Positions 39,073-48,194 of a DNA stretch of 57,527 nt are shown piece by piece. The stretch is taken from the NCBI GenBank assembly GCA_946497955.1, contig CAMMMH010000006.1:1-57527 (forward strand). Reading direction: 5' to 3'. Made by a program: the position numbers and the translations under genes. The stretch's first letter is position 1; every line of letters begins with the position of its first letter. This DNA is from an uncultured Mycoplasmatota bacterium (GTDB lineage Bacteria; Bacillota_I; Bacilli_A; RF39; UBA660). The notes below the pieces were generated by a model that was given only the letters and a program-made list of their open reading frames with translations, searched no databases and was not told the origin of the DNA.

Positions 39073-42000
39073 CTATTCCACACTTTCTCTAACTAATCCA
39101 TTCCAACGATATCTTTTAATACTTACAGTATCTGCTGCCTGAGGCTTAATAAGTTCACATATTGAAATATCTTTTATTTCTTTATAATCACACCATAATG
39201 CTTGACTTGTTAAGATATAATCTAAATCAAAACTTGCAAGGATTGCAAACATTTCTTCAATATTAACTTCATCTACACCTGCAAAGGCTTCATCTAAAGC
39301 GATTAATCTAGGAGATGAAGGTGCTGCACTATCTAATTTAGCATAGATACTTGCAAATAATGGAACATACATAGTCTTAGCTTTCTCTCCTCCACTAAAG
39401 ACAGAAAATATCTTATCAGTTAATTCTCGTTTTTGATTACCATCTTTTTTATAAAAGAGTTTAAAAGTAAACCAATTACGATAATCTAAAATATTAAAAA
39501 TCATTTGGAAGTACGTTATATTATTAGTAAGCATAGACTCTTCTTCTCTTTTTATCTTAGATCTAAAATGCTTAATTAATCTATTAGTATCTTCAGGCTT
39601 TATAAAATTACTTGGCATCATAAATATCTCTACTAAATCTTTAGTATCCATTTCTTCTAGTGTCTCTCCACTTTTAGGTTTCCAATCCAAGTAAAAAGAT
39701 AAATTACTATTTTGTTGTTTTATTTCCATAATATTATTAATCTTTTTAACCCAATCTCTTGCTTCTATTATTTTCTCTTTAATCTTAGTCCCAATAGTTC
39801 TAAGTAAAATATCTTCAAACAAATGTCTATCTTGTTCATTAAGATAAATCTTATCTGCCTCATAACTTTCTAATAAAGCATTAGAAAGTTCATAGATATT
39901 TAACTTCTTACCTTGATAACTAGTTAAAACATCTTGTCTTTTCGCATCGTTATATATGTTAATAACTCTTGTTCTATCAGATACTTTATCACTATAATAA
40001 TTAATTAAATTATCTCTTTCATTAAATAAAACTACATCTTGAATATTATACTCTAATAATTCCTGACGATATTCATTAAAAGAACGGTAATAGTTCATAG
40101 TAACATCTTTCAAATCTTTAGTTTTAGCATCATTATTTCTTAAAAAGTTCTTAATAGTTTTAAAGTCTACTTCTAAATCTTTAACAACATAACCTAAATC
40201 TAGTTCTTCTTTTAAAATATTAGATAGTATTTCTAAAAAAATCTCTTCTTCTTTTTTCTGTTCTTCTAAAGACTTAAGTTGTTCTTCTTCTCCTTTAAAG
40301 CTCTGTTCTAAAACACCTAATCTCTTTGATAAATTAGCACTCTTAAAAGGATAATCTTCAATAGTCTTTACAATTTTCTCTATTTTTTTACTAAGTTCAA
40401 GATACTCTTTAGTATTAAGAATCTTTAAAATAGTATTAAGTTCTATTTCTCGTTTTTTCTTATCATTAACTAAACTAGATATAGTAGCATACACTTCATC
40501 ATGATTAGTAGTTAAATCATCTAATCTTTCTTTATTAGTCATTAATAATTCCTTTTTCTGATTTAATTTATCATAAAGAGCATTTAACTCTTTAGTAGTA
40601 TCTAAAATATCTCTAATTACAACACTAGCTTTCTCATAAGTTACAAGGTTAAGAGGAATATTACTTCGATATTGCTCTAATTCTTTAATAACTTCTTCAA
40701 TTTGTTGTTGATACTTTCTAATTTCCTCTTCAAGTTCCTTTTCTTTATTATTAATAAAATCAAGTTCTAAATCTGTTTCTTTAATCTTAGCTGTAATTTC
40801 TTCTAATATTCTATTACTAGGAAATAATTTACTTTCATTATTTAAAGTATTTATAGAAGTATCTAATGTATCTAATTCAAGTTCTTTTTTTCTAATAACT
40901 TCTTTAATAGCATCAATCTTCTCTTCCTCTTCTTTTATAAGTAATTGATGTTCTTCTTTTCTTTTTAAAACTCCTATATATTTACTATTATAATCACCTT
41001 TAATATTACCTTTAATAAAGTCAAAGTTATAATTATTTTCATTAATACTAATAACATCACTATCACTAGTACTAATAGATTCTAATATTGAAGTAATAAA
41101 CTCATTACTAAAAACTTCATTAGGATATGCTTTTAAATATTTAGTCAAGTTATCTTTCTTTTTACTACTTTTCTTAAAGTAAGAAATATTCATATTTTCT
41201 ATCTTTCTTAAGTCTTCATCTCTAAATATCTTAGTATTTAAAATCCCTGATGAATATAGCACTTCTTCTAATTTATTTTTAGTATCATCATCTATTCCTT
41301 CTTTAAATTCTACTACTTGATAAAGTGCAGCATAAGGAATATTTTCTTTATCTAAATAATCTATTGTCTTTCTAGTTAAATCATCTTCTTCTAGTTTTAT
41401 CTCTTCCATTTCTAATAATTCTTTTAATAATAACTCTTCTTTACTTAACTTATCTTTCTCAGTTAAAAGTTCAGTTTTCTTAAAAGATACTTCTTCTAGT
41501 AATTTACTATACTTAATCTTATATATTTCTTCATACTTCTCTTTAGATTTTAAATAACCTTCACTACTATATTCATCTAAATAACTAGCAATTTCCTTCA
41601 TATCATCACTTAATAAAATAAGAAATTTATTATTAGTTCTAATATTATTTAATGAAATAAAGAATAGTTCAAGTTCATTATCTAGTTCTTGATAAAAACC
41701 ATCTCTTATCTTTTCTTTTTCTAAATAATCTGTTTTTAATTTTTCATATTCATTAGACTTAATATTTTGACTCTCTAAAAGATTTCCTTTTCTTATAAGT
41801 AGTTCTTTAGTCTTTTCTATTTCCTCTTTCTTAAAATTTATCTTTTCAATAATATAACTAACTTGAGTTTTCTCTTTTATAAAAGGAATTAAATCTTTTA
41901 ATTCATCAAAACTAATCTCATCTCCTAAATCACTTAAGTTAGTGATTAAATTAGTTATTTCTTTATCAAGGTTAGTAATATCATCTTCATTATCGTTTAT

Positions 42001-43110
42001 TAAAGAAGTTATCTCACTCATCTTCTGTTTCAAATTATCAATTACTTCTTCTTCTTTAACAAGTCTTTCTTTAAGTATCTCCAACTCATTATCAAGTTCT
42101 ACTTTTCTTTTACTTTTTTCTTCTAAATCAGTATTGTTTAAATGTTCTTTCTCCTCTTTAGCAGTATTAAATTCATCTAATAGTACTACCTCTTCTTCTT
42201 TTAGTCTAGTAATCTCTTCTTCTAAACTAGTAATAGCATTAGTTTTCTCAGTAATTTTAACCTTTATATTTTCAAGAGCTTGGTACTCTTTATAATAATT
42301 AGTCGCTTTAGCAAGTAATACTGCTTCGTTATAATTTTTAAAGACTTTAGTAAAGTTAGAAAGAATATCAATGTTATTTTTTAACTCATTAATCTTTTCT
42401 TTAGTAGCATTTAAATTTTCAATAGTATCAGATAAAGGTCTTAAAGTCTCATCTGATAAAGGTGGTAAAACTTCATTTAATACTTCCATTAATTTAGTAG
42501 GCTTATACTCTTTAGATAATTTTGGACTCCTAATTTGTAAGATAATATTGATAAATTCATCAAAAGTTTCTATATTTCTAAATTTAAATAGATTATCATT
42601 AACTAACTTTTTATATTCTTTAGCAGTTTCTACTAAATTATTAGAAATACCTAAAGCACTTCTTAACTCTAATTTTGTTAAAGGCGTCTTAGTAAAACCA
42701 TCTTTTGTCTTATATAAGAAGAAATCTTTTCCTACTCTTCTACCATCTTTTAAGATAAAACCAAAGAAGTCAGTAGGCTTACCCCTTCTCGCTCTAAGTC
42801 CCATACCAATAGTAATATATCTATCTTCTAAACCATTATAAAACTCCATATATAAATAACCAGTAGAATCATCTTTTTCATTATTTTCTCCAAGTAAATA
42901 ATATTCTATATGTTTGTCAGTAGAACCAAAAGTATCTAATCTTTTAGGAGATTTATTACCATCTAATATTAAGGGAATAAATGATTGCATAGTAACAGAC
43001 TTTCCTGATCCATTTTGTCCTCTAAGTAAAAGTTTACCATCATAAAAATTAAATACTTCATCATCATATAACCAAAAGTTTATAAGTCCCATTCTTGTAG
43101 GTTTAAACAT
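39073..43110 (-). CDS. jetC: Wadjet type II JetC SMC-like ATPase (TIGR02680)
   Basis: RMGLINFWLY, LLLRGQNGSGKS Walker A, long coiled coils, LDYRNWF, FSGGEK signature, LIALDEAFAGVD Walker B. Confidence 0.92.
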   Translation of the reverse strand: MFKPTRMGLINFWLYDDEVFNFYDGKLLLRGQNGSGKSVTMQSFIPLILDGNKSPKRLDTFGSTDKHIEYYLLGENNEKDDSTGYLYMEFYNGLEDRYITIGMGLRARRGKPTDFFGFILKDGRRVGKDFFLYKTKDGFTKTPLTKLELRSALGISNNLVETAKEYKKLVNDNLFKFRNIETFDEFINIILQIRSPKLSKEYKPTKLMEVLNEVLPPLSDETLRPLSDTIENLNATKEKINELKNNIDILSNFTKVFKNYNEAVLLAKATNYYKEYQALENIKVKITEKTNAITSLEEEITRLKEEEVVLLDEFNTAKEEKEHLNNTDLEEKSKRKVELDNELEILKERLVKEEEVIDNLKQKMSEITSLINDNEDDITNLDKEITNLITNLSDLGDEISFDELKDLIPFIKEKTQVSYIIEKINFKKEEIEKTKELLIRKGNLLESQNIKSNEYEKLKTDYLEKEKIRDGFYQELDNELELFFISLNNIRTNNKFLILLSDDMKEIASYLDEYSSEGYLKSKEKYEEIYKIKYSKLLEEVSFKKTELLTEKDKLSKEELLLKELLEMEEIKLEEDDLTRKTIDYLDKENIPYAALYQVVEFKEGIDDDTKNKLEEVLYSSGILNTKIFRDEDLRKIENMNISYFKKSSKKKDNLTKYLKAYPNEVFSNEFITSILESISTSDSDVISINENNYNFDFIKGNIKGDYNSKYIGVLKRKEEHQLLIKEEEEKIDAIKEVIRKKELELDTLDTSINTLNNESKLFPSNRILEEITAKIKETDLELDFINNKEKELEEEIRKYQQQIEEVIKELEQYRSNIPLNLVTYEKASVVIRDILDTTKELNALYDKLNQKKELLMTNKERLDDLTTNHDEVYATISSLVNDKKKREIELNTILKILNTKEYLELSKKIEKIVKTIEDYPFKSANLSKRLGVLEQSFKGEEEQLKSLEEQKKEEEIFLEILSNILKEELDLGYVVKDLEVDFKTIKNFLRNNDAKTKDLKDVTMNYYRSFNEYRQELLEYNIQDVVLFNERDNLINYYSDKVSDRTRVINIYNDAKRQDVLTSYQGKKLNIYELSNALLESYEADKIYLNEQDRHLFEDILLRTIGTKIKEKIIEARDWVKKINNIMEIKQQNSNLSFYLDWKPKSGETLEEMDTKDLVEIFMMPSNFIKPEDTNRLIKHFRSKIKREEESMLTNNITYFQMIFNILDYRNWFTFKLFYKKDGNQKRELTDKIFSVFSGGEKAKTMYVPLFASIYAKLDSAAPSSPRLIALDEAFAGVDEVNIEEMFAILASFDLDYILTSQALWCDYKEIKDISICELIKPQAADTVSIKRYRWNGLVRESVE

Positions 43111-44281
43111 CTTCTTCACCTCCAAATAAATCCATCTGTTTTGTATTATCTTTTATAAGTTTAGCATTAAACCTAGCGATAGTTGGTAATACTAAATAAG
43201 TATTATCCTCTTCTTTTAAGAAAGAATACTCTATCATATAATTTACTACTTCATCAAAGAATTTCTGTAAAGATAAATTAATATACTGTTTACTTAAGTA
43301 TTCTTTATTATTAGTCTTAATGTCTTTAATAATCATCTCTAAACTTTCTTTTTTTATTCGTCCTATCTCTTTATCATCAAGAGATATTTCTTTATTTTTA
43401 ATCATTTCATAAAGTTTAGTATTTATCATTAAAACTATATCTGTAATTTTCTTATTATTAGGAAAATTATCTTTAGAATTACTTGTTTCATATTCATAAA
43501 GAAAAGCCATATTCTTTGTAACTTCAATTTCGAAGTTCAAATTAGAAAACTCATTTTCTAAATAACCACGCATCTTCTTAATATAATCAATTTCTGCTTC
43601 TGTTAAGTTATAAGAAAAAACAGCAGGAGTAAATAAAAGATTACGATAAACTTTATATCTTCTAACATCACCTTTTTCTAAAGTTTGATATTTCCATTCA
43701 TCATTTAAGAAATCATTAGTATCTTCTATTTCAAAAATATCGTTTGTAAATAATCGCATTACATAGTTAGCAAGACCTGTTACTTCATATAAAGCTTCAG
43801 CATTTTGATCATCTTTAAAGCTTATCTTTTCAGCATCTTTAACCTTTATTACTGATATTTCTGTTAAGAAATCTATTACTCTAACTAAACTTTGTCTATC
43901 ACTTCTTAAATTCCAATCTGGTATTGTCTCAAGATTTAAGGTAACCGCGGTATTTTTAACATAATCTATTAGTGATGATAAAACAAAGACTTCACCTCTA
44001 GTTTTATCTTCTAAAAATAATAGAATTATACACAAAATGACATAGTCTTGTTTTGAATTAAAGTTATCTATTCCTAGATTATCAACTCTACTACTAGGAA
44101 TCTTTTCAAGTTTAACAAATCTATCATGAATAATTAATTTACTACCAAGAGTCTTAGTAACAAAGTCTTTAATAATATTTTGTTTTCTTTTAACGTCATA
44201 GTATAAGTCAGGATTATCTTCTTTTAAAATCCAAAAGTTAGTTAAAAGTTCTCTTATTTCATTTTCAATTGATTCCATCAT
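43103..44281 (-). CDS. jetB: Wadjet type II JetB (TIGR02678; DUF2398)
   Basis: LLTNFWI, KLEKIP, DWNLRSDRQSLVRV, YRNLLFTPAV; operon position. Confidence 0.85.
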   Translation of the reverse strand: MMESIENEIRELLTNFWILKEDNPDLYYDVKRKQNIIKDFVTKTLGSKLIIHDRFVKLEKIPSSRVDNLGIDNFNSKQDYVILCIILLFLEDKTRGEVFVLSSLIDYVKNTAVTLNLETIPDWNLRSDRQSLVRVIDFLTEISVIKVKDAEKISFKDDQNAEALYEVTGLANYVMRLFTNDIFEIEDTNDFLNDEWKYQTLEKGDVRRYKVYRNLLFTPAVFSYNLTEAEIDYIKKMRGYLENEFSNLNFEIEVTKNMAFLYEYETSNSKDNFPNNKKITDIVLMINTKLYEMIKNKEISLDDKEIGRIKKESLEMIIKDIKTNNKEYLSKQYINLSLQKFFDEVVNYMIEYSFLKEEDNTYLVLPTIARFNAKLIKDNTKQMDLFGGEEDV

Positions 44282-45749
44282 AACCCCCTTCAAAAATAAT
44301 ACTTAAACTAGGTAAAGTAAATATTCCATCATCACTAATAATTCTACAAGTAGTATTACTATCATTAAAATTAACTTTATAGTTAAGTCCAAATAAAGGT
44401 TCTTTAAAATAATTAGTACTATTTCCTGCTTTACTTATTAGATTTAAAAGATATCCTCTTTCTTCTTTAGTTAATCTAACTTCATCTTTTAACTCTACTA
44501 CTTTAGTTTGAACGAACTTCTTTAACATTTCTTTTTTTCTAGCTTCTTCCTTCTCATATAACTCTAATATTTCTTTTTTCTTACTAGTTTTATCTACTAT
44601 AGTACTATGACGTTTTTCTGCTCTAATTTTTTTATCATTAGGTAATACTGATATTATTGTTGGCTTTACTTCATAAGAATTAACTAAAGAGTCAGTATCT
44701 TTTTTACTAATACCTTTAAAGTGTTTAACTCTATAAATTCCAAAGACAGCATTAGATAAATCTCTTACTTCAGTTAGATTAGTTTTTTTATCAAAAAGTT
44801 TACAAATATACTTATACTCTTCTTTACGTTTTATCATATTACCATGAAGTTCTATGAGACTACTAGCACATTTAGTAATTCTACTGATAAGATTACTAGT
44901 AACTTCTAAAAGTCTATCACCTTCACTCTTTTCTTTAGTATTAACAAACCATTTATAAATACTTCTCCATTTACCCAAATTAACTTGATTAAATTTCTGA
45001 TAATTAAAGTCTAAAGCTATTTTAGGAATACCTCTTTCTGCTTCTTCTAATCTTTTAATAAGATTATCTTGAAAGTTATTATCCATACTCTTTAAAATTT
45101 CTCTTATAACTTCAGCTTGATTTAAGTACCCTGTTATAAAATCTTTTAAGTACTGAATCATTTTATTTTTATATTCTAGAAAGACTGTACTTTGTAAAAG
45201 TTCTTCAGTTTTTGACTCTTGAAACTTCTTTAAAAAGTCTTGATAGTTTCTATTAATATCACTAAATTCATTAGTAATTCTCTCCCAAGTATCAAGTAAT
45301 TCTTCGTTAGATAGAGAATCTAATTTTTTTATCTTTTTTAATAAGTCTCTTAATACTTCAAATCTTTTAGGAGATAAAGATGCAACCTTTACTTCCATTT
45401 CTTCAAGTTCAATAGTCATACGTTCTATAGCGATAGCATAATCTGTTAATTGATATCTATATTTTTTATATTTAAAGTCGGCAAGCGAGTTAATATTATT
45501 AACATCTTGAACAGTAGTTAAACTTAAATTATCTACTAAAAACTCTAAATCTCGTTCTAAATCTTCCATAGTATAGTTATCTATTTTATCCTTTAATTCA
45601 TCATAGATATCTTCTTTAAAAAGCCAATTCTCTGCTTCTTCATATTTATGATAGAAAAAACGCATAATAGGTCTATAACGATAAGTATTTTCTTGTGATA
45701 AATATTTAGTCTCCGTAATAGCTTTTTGTAGTACTTCAAAATTATCCAT
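44265..45749 (-). CDS. jetA: Wadjet type II JetA (TIGR02677; DUF2397)
   Basis: ETKYLSQENTYRYRPIMRFFY, YQLTDY, FLEYKNKMIQYLKDF, W..IYKWF; first gene of the operon. Confidence 0.88.
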   Translation of the reverse strand: MDNFEVLQKAITETKYLSQENTYRYRPIMRFFYHKYEEAENWLFKEDIYDELKDKIDNYTMEDLERDLEFLVDNLSLTTVQDVNNINSLADFKYKKYRYQLTDYAIAIERMTIELEEMEVKVASLSPKRFEVLRDLLKKIKKLDSLSNEELLDTWERITNEFSDINRNYQDFLKKFQESKTEELLQSTVFLEYKNKMIQYLKDFITGYLNQAEVIREILKSMDNNFQDNLIKRLEEAERGIPKIALDFNYQKFNQVNLGKWRSIYKWFVNTKEKSEGDRLLEVTSNLISRITKCASSLIELHGNMIKRKEEYKYICKLFDKKTNLTEVRDLSNAVFGIYRVKHFKGISKKDTDSLVNSYEVKPTIISVLPNDKKIRAEKRHSTIVDKTSKKKEILELYEKEEARKKEMLKKFVQTKVVELKDEVRLTKEERGYLLNLISKAGNSTNYFKEPLFGLNYKVNFNDSNTTCRIISDDGIFTLPSLSIIFEGGYDGIN

Positions 45750-46050
45750 AAACACTCCTTTATGGCTATTATTCTATCATATGTTCTAGTTAATGTATAG
45801 TTATTTTTTTGCATTTTCCAAATGTTACCAAAAAAAAGAAAACTATTAGTATAGACTTCTCAAAGTAATTATTATAATACTTGTAATAATTCATATCTCG
45901 TAGCATGTTTATTACATAATTGAACACTTAAGTCTAAAATCAGCTCTTTATAAGATTACTGACTATTATTCATATCTTCCTTTTTTATAGCATTAAAAAT
46001 ATTATTATACATTTTTTCTATTCTTTATTATTATATTTACTGATATTGTC

Positions 46051-46080
46051 AAAAAAATTACTCTAGAAAGTAATTTTTTT
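46051..46080. terminator. Intrinsic terminator downstream of the DUF262 gene
   Basis: aaaaaaattact-ctagaa-agtaattttttt. Confidence 0.65.
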
Positions 46081-46199
46081 GGTTTTTTCTTAATTTATTA
46101 CTGTAGTACCTTCTTATATATTTTAAAGTTTATTATTTTTAATTAAAACAGTTTCTATTAAGACGTCTAAAGTATTACTCGCATCGTTATTATTAATTA

Positions 46200-48038
46200 T
46201 TATAATTCAAACTCTTTCATAAAAAAATCTACTAATCTATTTGTTCTTTCCTTTATGTCTTCGATATGCCAAGCATCTTTACTAACTACATCGTCATTCA
46301 ATTTTAATCCATTTTTATAACCAATATAATTACCATCTTTATTAACTCTATTCTTTTTCTTTTCGAAAGACAAATTACTTAAGTTTTGGTTATATCCAGT
46401 TATAGTTAAATTTCCTAAAATATGTACATAATTATTTAAATATTCAATTGCTAAATTTTTATCACCATTTGCAATCATATTAACCCACTCTACTGGAATA
46501 TTTTCTCCTTCAGGAAAAATATGCTCTATAGTCCAAATATATTTATTACTACTATCTCTACTCCACAAATTAGTATATATTTCATTTGTTTTAAATTTAT
46601 CTTCATAATAACATAGTAAAAATCTTGTAGCATCTGGATTATCTAAATATATTGATCCTTTTAATTTTGCTTCAAATATTTCATCAGATGATGAATTATC
46701 TTTTAAGTTATTGATAATCAAATCATATATTTCAGTACCTTGTTTATCCTTAATTAGTGCTACTAAATCCATAAATATCTTTGTTAGATTTCTTGTATTT
46801 GGATAATCTGTAATATTCCTTCTAACAAAAAACTTTGTTAAATAGTTAATAATATTTGCAATAATTTCATTATTTAAATTTAATTCTTCTTTTTTTGACA
46901 TCAAATATAAAAGTAAAATATATGCAGGTGCTCCTTGAATTTTATCTAAATTAAATAATGGCTGTGCTAATTCTTCAATAACATAATCTTCACTTGCGTT
47001 GTTAATTAGAATTGAATAATTTCTAGCTTCTTTTTCAACTCTATTTAAAAATTTTTCATAATCTGTCTTAATTAATTTTTCATAGATATCTAGTATTGTA
47101 CTTTTTGTAGCTAGATAACCTAATGCATATTTTACTTTTCCTTCTGCTTTATATGGTGCGTTTAATTCATCTCTATAAGCATTATAAAATTGTCTAAAGA
47201 ATCTTTCTTGTACGCTATAATCATCGCTTAAATAAGAAAGTATCTTTTTCCATTTAGAATAAGCATCATCTGATTTACCATCAGCATCTGATACACTAAT
47301 TAATAAATTTTTGATTAAATCAATAGCAGATAAAGGAACTCCTCTATTATTCAAGGATTCAAATAGCATATACGCATCTTTATGTGTTTCTACCTGAATA
47401 GATACTAAAATAGCAGAATTAAATTTGTTTACTAACTCAAATAAAATATCTATTTCATTTAAATTTGAATCTTCTTTTTGAATTTCTTCTATATATTTAT
47501 CAATTAAATTAGAAAAGTAATAATAGGCTCTATATATTCTTCTATTACCAGCATTATTCTTCTTTTCATAGTCCAAAAGTAAATCATTTTCACATAATAA
47601 ACTAAAATAGTCATCTCTATTATTATTTTGAACTTGTGGCTTTAATCTTGAAATGTTTTTACCATTTCTTTTAACAACTAATTCTCTTTTAATATTATTT
47701 AAATCTGTAAATCCATCTTCATCTAATTGACTTTTCTTTTTATTCAATTTATTGTATAAAGCTATTAATAGAATAGAAATAGATGTTAATCTTTGTTGTC
47801 CATCAATAACTTCTAATATAGCATCACTCCAAGCACTGACACTATCATCTACACAAATAATAGAACCTAAAAAATATCCTTTATCATTTTCAATTACATC
47901 ATTAAATAATAATCCCCATTCTTTTTGTCCCCATGTATATTCTCTTTGATATTTTGGTATGTTATATAGAATACTTTTTTCATTAGAAAATATTTGAGCT
48001 ATATTATTTGGCTCTGTATATTTAATCATTACACTCAC
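46200..48038 (-). CDS. DUF262-DUF1524(HNH) protein, GmrSD-like type IV restriction enzyme
   Basis: IPKYQREYTW, IDGQQRLT, FESLNNRGVPL; HNH-like TIEHIFP...LGNLT...NQNLSN. Confidence 0.9.
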   Translation of the reverse strand: MSVMIKYTEPNNIAQIFSNEKSILYNIPKYQREYTWGQKEWGLLFNDVIENDKGYFLGSIICVDDSVSAWSDAILEVIDGQQRLTSISILLIALYNKLNKKKSQLDEDGFTDLNNIKRELVVKRNGKNISRLKPQVQNNNRDDYFSLLCENDLLLDYEKKNNAGNRRIYRAYYYFSNLIDKYIEEIQKEDSNLNEIDILFELVNKFNSAILVSIQVETHKDAYMLFESLNNRGVPLSAIDLIKNLLISVSDADGKSDDAYSKWKKILSYLSDDYSVQERFFRQFYNAYRDELNAPYKAEGKVKYALGYLATKSTILDIYEKLIKTDYEKFLNRVEKEARNYSILINNASEDYVIEELAQPLFNLDKIQGAPAYILLLYLMSKKEELNLNNEIIANIINYLTKFFVRRNITDYPNTRNLTKIFMDLVALIKDKQGTEIYDLIINNLKDNSSSDEIFEAKLKGSIYLDNPDATRFLLCYYEDKFKTNEIYTNLWSRDSSNKYIWTIEHIFPEGENIPVEWVNMIANGDKNLAIEYLNNYVHILGNLTITGYNQNLSNLSFEKKKNRVNKDGNYIGYKNGLKLNDDVVSKDAWHIEDIKERTNRLVDFFMKEFEL

Positions 48039-48194
48039 ACTCCTAAAGCTATTTTAGCATATATTTATAATAAAAAGAAATTATTATAATTTCATTTCTT
48101 TGGTTAAAAATAATTATTTTCAATTTTTAATATGTGAAACTATAAAGAATATCTGTTATTTATAAAAATCACAATTTACACAATGTATCATTAA

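Noticed and set aside
45770-45790. Possible LexA box (AGAACATATGATAG) upstream of jetA
   Set aside because: Only one half-site matches GAAC-N4-GTTC.
45593-45814. 73-aa same-strand ORF overlapping the jetA start
   Set aside because: No RBS or motif; spans the jetA promoter.
45840-46000. RBS + ATG AAT AAT AGT CAG TAA remnant between the DUF262 gene and jetA
   Set aside because: Immediate stop and no recognisable homology; it cannot be supported as a gene.
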